NCBI GenBank assembly: GCA_001770175.1
Contig: MEQK01000052.1
Coordinates: 1 to 42,681, forward strand
Direction of reading: 5' to 3'
Origin: Bdellovibrionales bacterium RIFOXYD1_FULL_55_31
GTDB taxonomy: Bacteria > Bdellovibrionota > UBA1018
Length of the DNA stretch: 42,681 bases
Numbering within the stretch: the stretch's first letter is position 1; each line of letters starts with the position of its first letter. Under the pieces are notes generated by a model. The model ran no database searches. It was not told the origin of the DNA and saw only the letters and a list, made by a program, of their open reading frames with translations. A program made the position numbers and the translations under genes. Below are positions 8,394-18,482 of this stretch, piece after piece.

Positions 8394-9491
8394 GTGCCAC
8401 GCCGCGATACCGCCGTCAAGGATAAACACGTTCAAGAACACCGGTCAATAAGATCGATAAAGTCCCTCGGTTTGATCGACATTCACTTTCACGGCGCCTG
8501 CGGAATTGATCTGATGCATGCCTCTCCGGGAGAACTCCAGGAGCTTTCAAAGTTGCTCTGGGATGACGGAGTTGCGGGATTCTGTCCAACAACAGTTTCA
8601 GCGGATAGAGACGAGCTTCAGGAGGCCCTCACGAAGATTGGCCGCTGGATCAGATCGGAGGCCGCTCCAGGTGCACTTCCTCTCGGCATTCATCTCGAAG
8701 GCCCGTTTATCAACGCGGATTTTCGCGGAGCGCATCCATCGGGCGCCATTCGGCCGGTTCGGATTGCTGAACTTTCGGATCTTTGGGAAGCAAGCCAGCG
8801 CACGATTAAAGTGATCACGATCGCCCCCGAAAACCTCATCGCCAACAAGGGTTCTGCTGATGGTCTCACGTCCATTGTTTCCTGGGCCCGTTCGCATCAG
8901 ATAAGGCTTTCGCTTGGACATTCTCGGGCGACCGAAGCGGAAGCCCACCACGCTTTCAAGGCCGGCTTTCGTGGCCTGACCCACGCCTGGAATGCCTTGC
9001 CGTTCCATCATCGATCACCGGGACCACTCGGGGCTGCCGTAGGATCACCCGAAGTCTTCATCGAAACGATCATCGACCAGGTCCACGTGTCACCGACTCT
9101 GATCCGTTGGCTGCTGCGACTTCATCCCCCCGACCGCATCTGTTTCATCTCAGATGCGGCCCCGGCGGCCGGTTGTCCCGAGGAGCAATCTGTTCCTTTC
9201 GGTCCTCTCCGAGTTCACGCGGAAGGTGGTGCCTGCCGTCTTAAAGACGGGAGCCTGGCAGGAGGGGGAGAGGTTCTCTCAACCGCCTTCTGCCGATGGT
9301 TGGAATCAGAGTCACGGCGTCTTCGCCGCCCACTTCGCTCGTTGATGAAGGAAGCGCTTCCCTGCGTAACGACCACCCCTCTCAAATACCTCGGTGTGAG
9401 ACCTTCCCAGGTTAAAACGATCCGAAAAACCCGACAGGTAGTCTGGAATGTGACTAAAAAGGGTGTCCGCGTAAGCCCCCTTCGAGCTTAG
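8394..9491 (+). CDS. nagA: N-acetylglucosamine-6-phosphate deacetylase (NagA)-like amidohydrolase
   Basis: Metal-binding and active-site motifs align with NagA: 'LIDIHFHGACGIDLM', 'LGIHLEGPFI', 'GHSRATEAEA', 'HAWNALPFHHR', 'DQVHVSP', 'FISDAAPAAG'. GTG start. The N-terminal segment before the HxH motif is short (~25 aa). Confidence 0.75.
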   Translation: MPRRDTAVKDKHVQEHRSIRSIKSLGLIDIHFHGACGIDLMHASPGELQELSKLLWDDGVAGFCPTTVSADRDELQEALTKIGRWIRSEAAPGALPLGIHLEGPFINADFRGAHPSGAIRPVRIAELSDLWEASQRTIKVITIAPENLIANKGSADGLTSIVSWARSHQIRLSLGHSRATEAEAHHAFKAGFRGLTHAWNALPFHHRSPGPLGAAVGSPEVFIETIIDQVHVSPTLIRWLLRLHPPDRICFISDAAPAAGCPEEQSVPFGPLRVHAEGGACRLKDGSLAGGGEVLSTAFCRWLESESRRLRRPLRSLMKEALPCVTTTPLKYLGVRPSQVKTIRKTRQVVWNVTKKGVRVSPLRA

Positions 9492-9551
9492 AAAACTCGT
9501 TGACTTCAGACGATTTTTCCGGCTAGAGTACTGCGCCTCAGGGATAAAACA

Positions 9552-10181
9552 ATGAAGCTCCGTTTACATGAGATTACCGACCAGGACACCGACCTGGACT
9601 TTACACAAGATGAGTTGTGGGTCCTTCAGGCGGTTGCACGCCTAGACGAGAACGACGAGGAAGCCGAAGCCCCAGCCCCCCTCAAGTCCCGCCCGGTAAA
9701 CGTCCATTTCAATCTCCGCAAAGTCGATGAAGTCGTTGTGGTCTCTGGAAACATCGATACCTCAGTTGAGCTGATCTGCAGCCGATGCGCGAACATATTC
9801 CCATTTGCGTGCAAAACGGTGTTCTCAGCCTTGTACTGTTCCGATCCGGACACCGCAGGAGTCGCTCACCTGGAAGGAGCCGGCAAGCCCGTCGGTCAGA
9901 ATCAGGGGTATGCGCGTCACGCGCACGACTTCGATGAAATTGATGAGAATTCCACCGGCAAAGACCTCGATATCACTTATTTAGCTGAAGACAGCCTCGA
10001 TCTCGCGGCAGTCCTCACCGAACAAATTCATTTTCAAATTCCGTTTCAGCCGCTATGTCGTGAGGACTGTAAAGGAATTTGCGTCACTTGCGGAACGGAT
10101 TTAAACCTTGGTAGATGTGCTTGCGCAAAAATTCCGCGATCCAAACCTTTTTCGGCGCTCGGAAATATCAAGATTCCGTAG
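9552..10181 (+). CDS. yceD: YceD/DUF177 family protein (large-ribosomal-subunit accumulation protein), the usual partner of rpmF
   Basis: Acidic protein with the characteristic C-terminal Cys cluster 'CSRCANIF…LCREDCKGICVTCGTDLNLGRCAC'. It sits directly upstream of rpmF, as in most bacteria. Confidence 0.75.
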   Translation: MKLRLHEITDQDTDLDFTQDELWVLQAVARLDENDEEAEAPAPLKSRPVNVHFNLRKVDEVVVVSGNIDTSVELICSRCANIFPFACKTVFSALYCSDPDTAGVAHLEGAGKPVGQNQGYARHAHDFDEIDENSTGKDLDITYLAEDSLDLAAVLTEQIHFQIPFQPLCREDCKGICVTCGTDLNLGRCACAKIPRSKPFSALGNIKIP

Positions 10182-10224
10182 TAGAAGAGCCTTTTTAAAA
10201 AGAGAGAAAATAAAGGAGAATCAG

Positions 10225-10416
10225 ATGGCAACCCCAAAGAAAAAAGTATCCCGAAGCCGTAGAAATATGCGCCGTTTTGCCGCAGGGAACAAACTCGACA
10301 AGCCGACGACCAAAACCTGCCCGAGCTGCAACGAGCCGACACGCCCGCATCGCGTCTGCGCCTGCGGCTTTTATAAAGGCAAGCAGGTCACGCAGTCGAA
10401 AACCGCTTCCACCTGA
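10225..10416 (+). CDS. rpmF: 50S ribosomal protein L32 (bL32)
   Basis: 'MATPKKKVSRSRRNMRRFAAGNKL…CPSCNEPTRPHRVCACGFYKGKQV' shows the bL32 N-terminal basic motif and Zn-ribbon cysteines. An RBS (AAGGAG) lies 7 nt upstream of the ATG at 10225. The ORF track's 10108 start is an upstream in-frame extension. Confidence 0.9.
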   Translation: MATPKKKVSRSRRNMRRFAAGNKLDKPTTKTCPSCNEPTRPHRVCACGFYKGKQVTQSKTAST

Positions 10417-10429
10417 CTGGACCCCAGTC
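10415..10429 (+). terminator. Short hairpin (GACTGG-acc-CCAGTC) just after the rpmF stop; possible partial terminator or attenuator before plsX
   Basis: The 6-bp perfect stem with a 3-nt loop is read directly. It is followed by TCGATTTG, not a clean U-run, so at best a weak intrinsic terminator. Confidence 0.2.
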
Positions 10430-10465
10430 TCGATTTGAAATCCATTCGAACGGCCTGTTAGTCGA

Positions 10466-11545
10466 ATGCCAAAACTGATTCTCGATACGATGGGGGGTGA
10501 TCATGCGCCCCACGCCGTTTTAGAGGGGGCTATTCGCGCCTTGCCCGAACTCGAAGGCGAACTCGTCCTGATCGGAGATACCGAGATTCTGAAGCCTGTG
10601 CTCGCGAAGCGCCGCTATCGGGCGCTCGCCGAAGCTCTCGCCGGCTCCTCGCGCTGGCCACGATGCAAACTCAGCCTCATCCACGCCTCTCAGACGATTG
10701 AAATGGATGATTCCATTCGCGCGATTCGAAAAAAACCGAACGCCTCGATCAACGTGGGTTGCGACCTTGCCAGCCGGGCATATAAAGAATCCGCGGCCGC
10801 CGCTTTCGTAAGCGCGGGGCACTCGGGCGCGATCATGACCGCCGCCCTTCTGACAATGGGCCGGCTCGCGCGCGTCGAGCGCCCGGCGATCGCGGTAAAA
10901 CTTCCGACGCTGAGCCCCGACGGCTGCGTTCTGATCGATGTCGGCGCGAACGTCGATTGCAAGCCGGAGCATCTGCGGGATTTCGCGCTGATGGGCACGC
11001 TGTTTTCACAAGTCGAACGCAGTTCACCTCACCTTCCTCGCGTCGGCATTCTCTCGAACGGTGAAGAACGAAAAAAAGGAAATGAACTCACCCGTGCAAG
11101 CGCCACGCTGATCGAGAACGTTTCAGTTTTTAAAACCGGCTCGTCAAACGCGATCGGCGAATTCATCGGCTACGTTGAAGGGAAGGAGATCTTCAAAGGA
11201 GCCGTGGACGTGGTTGTCACCGATGGTTTCGTCGGAAATGTCGTCCTCAAGTCAATCGAGGGACTTGGATCCGCCGTGATGACGGTCGCCAGAAAAGATG
11301 CTAGAAGAAGTATTTTCGCGCCACTCGGATTTCTGCTCGCCGCCTCCGTTTTCCGGAGGTTGAAGCGCAAACTCGACTACGCGGAGTACGGCGCCGCTCC
11401 GCTTTTAGGAGTGGCGGGATATGCGTTTATCTGTCATGGTCGGAGTAATCCGAAAGCGATCAAGAACGCGCTGTTGCGAGCCCAGACAGCGCTTCGTGGG
11501 CAACTGATCGAACGTCTCGAAGCGGCTCTGGAACACGCAACCTGA
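10466..11545 (+). CDS. plsX: Phosphate acyltransferase PlsX
   Basis: N-terminal 'LILDTMGGDHAPHAVLEGA' is the PlsX signature, and the length (359 aa) fits. Position between rpmF and fabH matches the conserved order. Confidence 0.9.
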   Translation: MPKLILDTMGGDHAPHAVLEGAIRALPELEGELVLIGDTEILKPVLAKRRYRALAEALAGSSRWPRCKLSLIHASQTIEMDDSIRAIRKKPNASINVGCDLASRAYKESAAAAFVSAGHSGAIMTAALLTMGRLARVERPAIAVKLPTLSPDGCVLIDVGANVDCKPEHLRDFALMGTLFSQVERSSPHLPRVGILSNGEERKKGNELTRASATLIENVSVFKTGSSNAIGEFIGYVEGKEIFKGAVDVVVTDGFVGNVVLKSIEGLGSAVMTVARKDARRSIFAPLGFLLAASVFRRLKRKLDYAEYGAAPLLGVAGYAFICHGRSNPKAIKNALLRAQTALRGQLIERLEAALEHAT

Positions 11546-11566
11546 TAGAGGAGAATCTGAACGGTT

Positions 11567-12586
11567 ATGACCCAGAACAACCATCCGAGCCCATTTGCAG
11601 CAAGAATCACGGGAACCGGCTCGGCCTTCCCGAAACGGATTGTCACCAACAATGATCTTTCGAAAACACTCGACACCAGTGACGAATGGATCCGCGAACG
11701 CACCGGTATTCGCGAACGCCGAATCAGCAAGGTTGGCGATCCCGCAGAGCAAAACTCCTCGCTCGCGCTCATCGCCGCGCGCAACGCCCTCGAGATGGCT
11801 GGAAAAGCTCCAGACGACATTGATCAGATCATTTACGCGACCGTAAGCCCCGACACCCTGGTCCCGCCGACTTCCTGTTGGCTTCAGTACAAGCTCGGCG
11901 CAAGTCGGTCCTCCGCTCTCGATGTCAACGCCGCCTGCTCCGGTTTCCTCAATTGCCTCGCGACCGCTGACCAGTATATCCGCTCCGGCCAGATCAAGAC
12001 CTCTCTCGTCGTTGGAGCCGAGGTACTCAGCGCGATCACCAATTGGGAGGACCGCTCAACCGCGATCCTGTTCGGTGACGCCGCGGGCGCGGTCATCGTC
12101 GAAAGAACGGAACCTGACAATCCACGCCGCATCCTTTCCAGCCATCTGGGCGCTGATGGGAATCTCTGGGAACTGTTCCAGCTCCCGGCCGGCGGATCCA
12201 ATATGGAAGTCACGCCCGAACGCCACGCCCAGAAGCTCGATAAAATGCAGATGAAGGGCAAAGAAATTTTCAAGATCGCGGTCAAGACACTGGCCGATTA
12301 CGCCAACACCGCGCTTCAGGCGAACGGAATGAAAATCGAAGACGTCGACTGGTTCATTCCACATCAGGCGAACCTCAGGATTATCGAGGCCGTCGCTAAA
12401 CGGCTCGATTTCCCGATGGAGAAGGTCCTCATCAATCTTGACCGCTACGGCAATACTTCTTCGGCTTCTGTTCCCACGATGATGGACGAAGCCGTGCGGG
12501 ATGGCCGGATCAAACCGGGTCAGGTTCTTCTGCTGGATGTTTTCGGTGCAGGACTCACCTTCGCCTCGGTCCTAATGAGGTACTAA
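11567..12586 (+). CDS. fabH: 3-oxoacyl-[ACP] synthase III (FabH)
   Basis: Active-site Cys context 'DVNAACSGFLNCLATA'. Also 'IPHQANLRII' and 'GNTSSASVP' (His/Asn region). 339 aa. Confidence 0.9.
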   Translation: MTQNNHPSPFAARITGTGSAFPKRIVTNNDLSKTLDTSDEWIRERTGIRERRISKVGDPAEQNSSLALIAARNALEMAGKAPDDIDQIIYATVSPDTLVPPTSCWLQYKLGASRSSALDVNAACSGFLNCLATADQYIRSGQIKTSLVVGAEVLSAITNWEDRSTAILFGDAAGAVIVERTEPDNPRRILSSHLGADGNLWELFQLPAGGSNMEVTPERHAQKLDKMQMKGKEIFKIAVKTLADYANTALQANGMKIEDVDWFIPHQANLRIIEAVAKRLDFPMEKVLINLDRYGNTSSASVPTMMDEAVRDGRIKPGQVLLLDVFGAGLTFASVLMRY

Positions 12587-12587
12587 T

Positions 12588-13655
12588 ATGAAAATTGCGG
12601 TATTTCCCGGACAAGGTGCCCAGCATGTGGGCATGGGAAAAGAACTCTGTGAAAATTTCAGAATCGCTCGCGAGGTTTTCGAGGAGGCTTCGGACTCCAC
12701 GCACCTCAACCTCAAAAAAATCTGCTTCGAGGGCCCCGAAAGCGAACTCACTCTCACCGAGTACACGCAACCATCGCTGCTCACGTGCTCCGTCGCGGCC
12801 TATCGCGTGGCGCACGCCGAGACCGGCTTCACGCCCTCAGCGGTGGCCGGCCACTCGCTTGGTGAATACTCGGCGCTCGTGGCGATCGGTGCTCTCCCCC
12901 TGAGTTCGACCGCGAAATGGGTGCGCGAACGCGGCAAGGCGATGCAGCTCGCTGTTCCGAGCGGACAGGGCACCATGGCCGCGATTATGGGACTCGGCGA
13001 CGAAGCCATCACGAAGCTCTGCTCGCACGCGACTTCGAACGCGCAGGAGCAACGCCAGAAAGGCGCTTTTCCGGATCTGACCGTGGACCCGATCGCGGAA
13101 CCCGCGAACTTCAATGCTCCGGGCCAAGTCGTGATCGCCGGCTCGACGGACGCTGTTCAGGAAGCCATCGCTCTGGTTAAGGCGGGCGGCGATTTCGGCG
13201 GGGGCAAAGCAGTGCCCTTGCAAGTGAGCGCTCCTTTTCACTGTCGCCTCATGGCGCCGGCCCGAGCACGAATGGCGGAGCTGTTTTCGAACGCTTCCAA
13301 AGCTGAGCATCCGAAGCTATCGAACATCCCGTATGTTCCAAATCGGACCGCCCGACCCACGCACGAAAGCGGCCTCGTATTCGAACTCCTGGTGGAACAG
13401 GTCAACAGCCCCGTTTTATGGAGACAATCGATCACGGCTCTTTTGGAACTTCCGCTATCGTCGGGAACTCCCGAATACACCGCGATCGAATTCGGTCCTG
13501 GCAAGGTCCTGACAGGACTCATCAAAAGAATTGCCCAGCCTCTTGGAAAAACGTGCCGCCTCCAGAACGTTCCCGATCTCGCCGGAATCAAAGCGCTTGC
13601 CGTGCTCAGTGAGGCCGATTCGCGCGGCACAGGTAATAAGGAGAATTCGACATGA
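12588..13655 (+). CDS. fabD: Malonyl-CoA:ACP transacylase (FabD)
   Basis: 'VAGHSLGEYSALV' is the GHSLG nucleophile motif. Also 'PVLWRQSI' and 'FIEFGPGKVLTGLIKRI'. The ATG starts 2 nt after the fabH stop. Confidence 0.9.
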   Translation: MKIAVFPGQGAQHVGMGKELCENFRIAREVFEEASDSTHLNLKKICFEGPESELTLTEYTQPSLLTCSVAAYRVAHAETGFTPSAVAGHSLGEYSALVAIGALPLSSTAKWVRERGKAMQLAVPSGQGTMAAIMGLGDEAITKLCSHATSNAQEQRQKGAFPDLTVDPIAEPANFNAPGQVVIAGSTDAVQEAIALVKAGGDFGGGKAVPLQVSAPFHCRLMAPARARMAELFSNASKAEHPKLSNIPYVPNRTARPTHESGLVFELLVEQVNSPVLWRQSITALLELPLSSGTPEYTAIEFGPGKVLTGLIKRIAQPLGKTCRLQNVPDLAGIKALAVLSEADSRGTGNKENST

Positions 13656-14398
13656 ATACAGCGGCAAAATCTTTTGCTTTGGTCACCGGGGCTTCGCGGG
13701 GAATCGGCGCGGCGATCGCGAAGCGCCTCGCCAAAGACGGGCATCACGTATTCATCAATTATGCTTCAAACGAGGCCAAAGCCGCCCAAATCCGCGATGC
13801 GATCGTGAGTGCCGGAGGTACGGCCGAACTTTGCCATTTTGACGTTTCCAATTCCGCGCAAGTCGATGAAAAGCTCGATTGGATTCATAAGTCCTTCGGC
13901 CCGCTCTCGGTTCTGGTCAATAATGCCGGTATCACGATCGATTCCCTGCTCCTCCGGCTGAAAGACGACGACCTCCGCAGAACACTCGCGGTCGATCTTG
14001 AAGGCGCTATTTACTGCACCCGTGCCGCGGCAAAGCAGATGATGCGCGCGCGACAGGGAAGCATTATTCAGATTTCGTCCGTGATCGGCGAGTCCGGCAA
14101 TGCCGGCCAGAGCGGATATGCCGCCGCCAAAGCCGGACTGATTGGATTCAGCAAAAGTATTGCAAAAGAATTGGGAAGCAGACAGGTTCGCGTCAATGTC
14201 GTAACTCCGGGTTTCATTGAGACGGATATGACAGGGGCCTTGACTGAATCCCAAAAAGAGGCGATTCTGCAGACCATCCCGCTCGGATACCTTGGAGCCG
14301 CTGATGATGTTTCATCTCTGGTGGCTTTTTTGGCTTCGGGGGCCAGCCGCTATATCACGGGCCAGGTCATCGGAGTAAACGGCGGGATGTACATGTGA
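13652..14398 (+). CDS. fabG: 3-oxoacyl-[ACP] reductase (FabG), SDR family
   Basis: 'ALVTGASRGIGAAIA' (cofactor-binding), 'NNAGIT', 'SSVIGESGNAGQSGYAAAKAG' (catalytic Y-x3-K). Overlaps fabD by 4 nt. Confidence 0.9.
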   Translation: MNTAAKSFALVTGASRGIGAAIAKRLAKDGHHVFINYASNEAKAAQIRDAIVSAGGTAELCHFDVSNSAQVDEKLDWIHKSFGPLSVLVNNAGITIDSLLLRLKDDDLRRTLAVDLEGAIYCTRAAAKQMMRARQGSIIQISSVIGESGNAGQSGYAAAKAGLIGFSKSIAKELGSRQVRVNVVTPGFIETDMTGALTESQKEAILQTIPLGYLGAADDVSSLVAFLASGASRYITGQVIGVNGGMYM

Positions 14399-14449
14399 TC
14401 CGGTCCTTCAGCGACCCTGAATCGCATTAACCTGATAGGAGAAAAGTAG

Positions 14450-14692
14450 ATGTCAGCATCTGTTGAAGAAAGAGTTCGCAATATCATCTGTGATCAGCTT
14501 GCCGTTGAGCCGGAAAAGGTCACCCCCACCGCTTCGTTCATCGATGACCTCGGCGCCGACAGTCTGGATATCGTCGAGCTCGTCATGACCATGGAAGAAG
14601 AGTTCGACCTGGATATTCCGGATGAAGACGCTGAAAAGATCAAAACGGTCGGCGACGTGATCAAATACGTCGTTTCCAAAGCGTCTCACTGA
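14450..14692 (+). CDS. acpP: Acyl carrier protein
   Basis: '[21 protein letters not shown]' is the phosphopantetheine-attachment DSLD motif. 80 aa. Confidence 0.92.
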   Translation: MSASVEERVRNIICDQLAVEPEKVTPTASFIDDLGADSLDIVELVMTMEEEFDLDIPDEDAEKIKTVGDVIKYVVSKASH

Positions 14693-14704
14693 GAGGAATC
14701 GCCG

Positions 14705-16048
14705 GTGCCCACTGCACTCACCTCCTCAGCCAGCGATGGTGGCGTCCGTCGAGTCGTCATTACCGGTATTGGCGCGGTCAGCCCGTTAGGTCTTTCTGCC
14801 GCTGAATCCTGGCGAAATGCCCTGGAAGGGCGTTCTGGAGTCGCGAAAATCACGCGGTTTGACCTGACCGACTGCCCGATCACGATCGCGGCTGAAGTCA
14901 AAGGTTTCGATGTGACACGTGCGGTGGGCCCATTCCATCCTCAAGGGCTCGACACGACTGAAGGCACCGTTACCCAAGCGGCGAACGCGAAAGACGCACG
15001 CCGCGTAGGCCGTTACGTCCATTACGGCCTGGCTGCCGGCCTGGAAGCTTACGGCGACTCCGGTTTGGACGCGATTCGCTCGAGAGTCTCCCCCGGACGC
15101 ATCGGAGTGAATATCGGAGCCGGCATGGGTGGACTTCCTGAAATCGAGGACGTCCATAACGATTTTCTCGCCAAAGGCTACCGCAGGGTAACGCCGTTTT
15201 TCATTCCGCAGGTCATTCCCAATATGGCCTCGGGACAGCTCAGCATTCTATTGAACCTTCAGGGTCCGAATGTCTGTAGCGTCACCGCATGTTCCTCGAG
15301 TTCGCACGCTATCGGCGAGTCATTTCGGCTGATTCAGCGCGGGGATGCTGACATCATGATAGCCGGCGGAGCCGAGTCGGTGATTTGCAAGCTGGGGATT
15401 GCCGGCTTCGCAGCGATGCGGGCGCTTTCGGCCCGAAATGACGATCCTGAAGGCGCCTCTCGCCCCTTTGACCGGGACCGTGACGGTTTTGTCATGGGTG
15501 AAGGCGCGGCCGTTCTGGTTCTCGAAGAATACGAGTTCGCAAAAAGGCGCGGAGCGAAGATTTACGCTGAACTCGTCGGATATGGACTCTCAGGCGACGC
15601 CTATCACATGACGGCTCCGGCTCCGGGCGGCGAGGGCGGCTATCGTTCGATGGAATCAGCCCTGAAAAGCGCCTGCCTCCAGCCCGATCAGATCGGTTAT
15701 ATTAACGCGCACGGGACCTCGACACCTACCGGGGATGTTGAAGAGGCTCGCGCGATCGCGAAGCTCTTTCCGAATGGCCCGAAGCACCTCCATATCAGCT
15801 CGACGAAGTCGATGACGGGACATCTCCTTGGAGCCGCCGGGGCGATTGAATCCATCTTTTCGATTCTGGCGATCAGGGAAAACAAGATTCCGCCGACGAT
15901 GAACCTCGAAAATCTCGATCCGGGATGTGCTGAGCTTGGACTCGATTTCACGGCGCAACGAGCTGTCGAAAAGCGGATGGACTATGCACTTTCAAACAGC
16001 TTCGGGTTCGGAGGAACAAACGCGAGCCTGATCTTCGGCCGGGTTTAG
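14705..16048 (+). CDS. fabF: 3-oxoacyl-[ACP] synthase II (FabF)
   Basis: 'RRVVITGIGAVSPLG', active-site 'SVTACSSSSHAIG', 'INAHGTSTPTGD', 'SSTKSMTGHLLGAAG', 'NSFGFGGTNASLIF'. GTG start 12 nt after acpP with a GAGAGGA RBS. The N-terminus may be shorter than the maximal ORF. Confidence 0.9.
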   Translation: MPTALTSSASDGGVRRVVITGIGAVSPLGLSAAESWRNALEGRSGVAKITRFDLTDCPITIAAEVKGFDVTRAVGPFHPQGLDTTEGTVTQAANAKDARRVGRYVHYGLAAGLEAYGDSGLDAIRSRVSPGRIGVNIGAGMGGLPEIEDVHNDFLAKGYRRVTPFFIPQVIPNMASGQLSILLNLQGPNVCSVTACSSSSHAIGESFRLIQRGDADIMIAGGAESVICKLGIAGFAAMRALSARNDDPEGASRPFDRDRDGFVMGEGAAVLVLEEYEFAKRRGAKIYAELVGYGLSGDAYHMTAPAPGGEGGYRSMESALKSACLQPDQIGYINAHGTSTPTGDVEEARAIAKLFPNGPKHLHISSTKSMTGHLLGAAGAIESIFSILAIRENKIPPTMNLENLDPGCAELGLDFTAQRAVEKRMDYALSNSFGFGGTNASLIFGRV

Positions 16049-16079
16049 ATATCCGCCTGAGAACCACCTGGGAATCAAA

Positions 16080-16589
16080 ATGAAAAAGAAAAAGCTGATC
16101 GCCATTGCATCCGATCATGCCGGCTTTGAAATGAAGGCCGCGATCCAGAAAACGCTCAAAGATTGGAAGTGGCGTGATTTGGGACCTCTGAATGACGATC
16201 GGGTCGATTATCCAGATTTTGCGGCAAAACTCGGGAAAACCGTCACCGCCGGTCAGGTAGAACGCGGAATTCTGATCTGCGGAAGTGGTATCGGCATGAG
16301 CATCGCGGCGAACAAGATTCCCGGCATCCGCGCCGCCGTCGTCGAAAATCCGAGCGCGGCCCGCCTGTCCCGGCAACACAACGATGCGAATGTGCTTTGC
16401 CTCGGTTCCCGGTTTTTAGCGCCCGCTTACGGGGCCGAGATCGCCCGCGCCTGGCTTGAGGCAGGATTCAGCGACGACGCGAGACACCGGAACCGCATCA
16501 AAAAAATCCACGCTCTCGAGAAGAAGGTCAGCGCCCCGGGAAAGCCGGTCCGGCGCTCAAAAAAGACCGAGAAAGGTGCAGCCAAATGA
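16080..16589 (+). CDS. rpiB: Ribose-5-phosphate isomerase B (RpiB/LacAB family) with a ~35-aa lysine-rich C-terminal tail
   Basis: '[15 protein letters not shown]' and '[24 protein letters not shown]' are RpiB motifs. The tail '[31 protein letters not shown]' is not part of the canonical fold. Confidence 0.85.
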   Translation: MKKKKLIAIASDHAGFEMKAAIQKTLKDWKWRDLGPLNDDRVDYPDFAAKLGKTVTAGQVERGILICGSGIGMSIAANKIPGIRAAVVENPSAARLSRQHNDANVLCLGSRFLAPAYGAEIARAWLEAGFSDDARHRNRIKKIHALEKKVSAPGKPVRRSKKTEKGAAK

Positions 16590-17854
16590 ACAAATCCAGA
16601 AACCCGGGTACCCAGCTCAAGGATACAGATGCCGTCCTGGATGCGATGATCCAAAAAGAACACGTTCGCGAAGAGGAAGGAATCGAACTCATCGCTTCTG
16701 AAAATTACGTCAGCCGCGCCGTTCTCGAAGCACAGGGGTCCATTCTGACGAATAAGTATGCTGAGGGCTATCCCGCAAAACGCTATTACGGCGGTTGCGA
16801 GTATGTCGACGAAATTGAATCCGCGGCCATTCAGCGCGCCTGCGCCCTTTTCAAAGCTGAAGCTGCAAACGTCCAGCCGCATTCCGGCTCACAAGCGAAC
16901 ATGGCGGCCTATCTTTCGCTGATGTCGCCCGGGGATACGGTTCTCGGGATGAGCCTCGCCCATGGAGGTCACCTCACGCATGGAAGTCCTGCCAATTTCA
17001 GCGGCAAAATTTTTCGCGCGATCTCATACGGTCTCAGCCCGGAAACCAACCGCCTTGACTATGACATGGTTCGTGACCTGGCGCTGAAAGAACGTCCGAA
17101 GGTGATCGTCGCGGGAGCGAGCGCCTATCCTCGCATCATCGATTTCGAAGCCTTCGGCAAGATAGCCGCTGAATCAGGCGCCCATCTCGTCGTCGACATG
17201 GCACACATCGCGGGTCTCGTCGCGAGTGGCCTGCATCCTTCACCGATTCCACACGCGACCTACACGACGTCGACGACGCACAAGACGCTCCGGGGCCCGC
17301 GAGGAGGCCTCATCCTGGCTCGTGCGGATAGGATCAAGGCCGTGAACTCGATGATTTTTCCAGGAATTCAGGGTGGTCCGCTGATGCATGTCATCGCGGC
17401 GAAAGCCGTCGCCTTTGGCGAGGCCCTTTCTCCGTCTTTTGTCGAGTACCAAAAGCAGGTTCTTCGAAATGCGAAGGTGCTCGCGAATGAACTCATGGCG
17501 TGCGGCTTCAGTCTCGTTACCCAGGGAACCGACAATCACCTCATGCTCGTTGACCTGACGACGAGTGGCGACGGGGCGACCACCGGGAAAGACGCCGAGG
17601 CTTGGCTCGACCTGGCTGGAATCACGGTAAACAAAAATACGGTGCCCAACGAGAAAAGGAGCCCCTTTGTTACGAGCGGCATCCGGATTGGCGTCCCCGC
17701 GATTACGACCCGCGGAATGAATGATTCCGAAATGCAACAGATCGCCCGTTGGATCCATCAGGCGCTCGAGTCGAAGGGGGATGCCACGAAGCTCAACCGA
17801 ATTCGTGCTGAAGTCCGCGATCTTTGTAGACAATTCCCGCTCTACGTGAATTAA
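16586..17854 (+). CDS. glyA: Serine hydroxymethyltransferase
   Basis: '[44 protein letters not shown]' and the PLP-Lys context '[18 protein letters not shown]'. Its start overlaps the rpiB stop (ATGA). Confidence 0.95.
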   Translation: MNKSRNPGTQLKDTDAVLDAMIQKEHVREEEGIELIASENYVSRAVLEAQGSILTNKYAEGYPAKRYYGGCEYVDEIESAAIQRACALFKAEAANVQPHSGSQANMAAYLSLMSPGDTVLGMSLAHGGHLTHGSPANFSGKIFRAISYGLSPETNRLDYDMVRDLALKERPKVIVAGASAYPRIIDFEAFGKIAAESGAHLVVDMAHIAGLVASGLHPSPIPHATYTTSTTHKTLRGPRGGLILARADRIKAVNSMIFPGIQGGPLMHVIAAKAVAFGEALSPSFVEYQKQVLRNAKVLANELMACGFSLVTQGTDNHLMLVDLTTSGDGATTGKDAEAWLDLAGITVNKNTVPNEKRSPFVTSGIRIGVPAITTRGMNDSEMQQIARWIHQALESKGDATKLNRIRAEVRDLCRQFPLYVN

Positions 17855-17933
17855 GCCTGAGTTGAGCGGGCCCCTTATCCTTCCTTGAAGCGCGGCACCA
17901 AATCGGGTACAAGACCTTTGGAGATCTCTATTC

Positions 17934-18482
17934 GTGAAGTGCCCGTATTGTTCCACCTTGGACACCAAAGTCATCGATTCGCGTATCAACCAGACGAGTG
18001 ATATCACCCGGCGGCGGCGTGAGTGCCCGCGTTGCGAGGGACGCTTCACCACGTACGAACGCGTCGAAGAAGTCATGCCCGTCGTGATCAAGAAAGACGG
18101 CCGGCGAGAGCCTTATGCGCGAAACAAGGTCTGGGACGGAATTCAAAAAGCCTGTCAAAAAAGATCCGTACCCACTCAAAAAATTGACGAACTCGTAAAC
18201 TCGATCGAAAAGCGGATACAAAGTTTCGGACTGAAGGAAGTGCCCTCACGAACCATCGGCGAGATGGTCATGCTCGAACTTCACCGGCTGGACAAAGTGG
18301 CTTACGTACGGTTCTCTTCAGTTTACCGCGAATTCCGCGATGTCGAGGAATTTGTCGCTGAACTGAAGGGTCCCCCGATGCCGCATGATGACTCCCAAAG
18401 TCTGGCCTTTCCATTTGCGAGTGGACCGGATTCCAACACCGTTGCTTCTCCAACTTCCACCAACACGAGCCAAACTCAATGA
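17934..18482 (+). CDS. nrdR: Transcriptional repressor NrdR with a ~30-aa Ser/Thr/Pro-rich C-terminal extension
   Basis: 'MKCPYCSTLDTKVIDSRINQTSDITRRRRECPRCEGRFTTYERVEE' is the NrdR Zn-ribbon, and the ATP-cone follows. The tail 'PPMPHDDSQSLAFPFASGPDSNTVASPTSTNTSQTQ' is extra. GTG start. It overlaps the nusB start by 4 nt. Confidence 0.88.
   Translation: MKCPYCSTLDTKVIDSRINQTSDITRRRRECPRCEGRFTTYERVEEVMPVVIKKDGRREPYARNKVWDGIQKACQKRSVPTQKIDELVNSIEKRIQSFGLKEVPSRTIGEMVMLELHRLDKVAYVRFSSVYREFRDVEEFVAELKGPPMPHDDSQSLAFPFASGPDSNTVASPTSTNTSQTQ

Noticed and set aside
17240-18091. 283-aa minus-strand ORF
   Set aside because: It is antisense to the 3' end of glyA and to nrdR, both clearly recognisable. 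A spurious long frame in GC-rich DNA.
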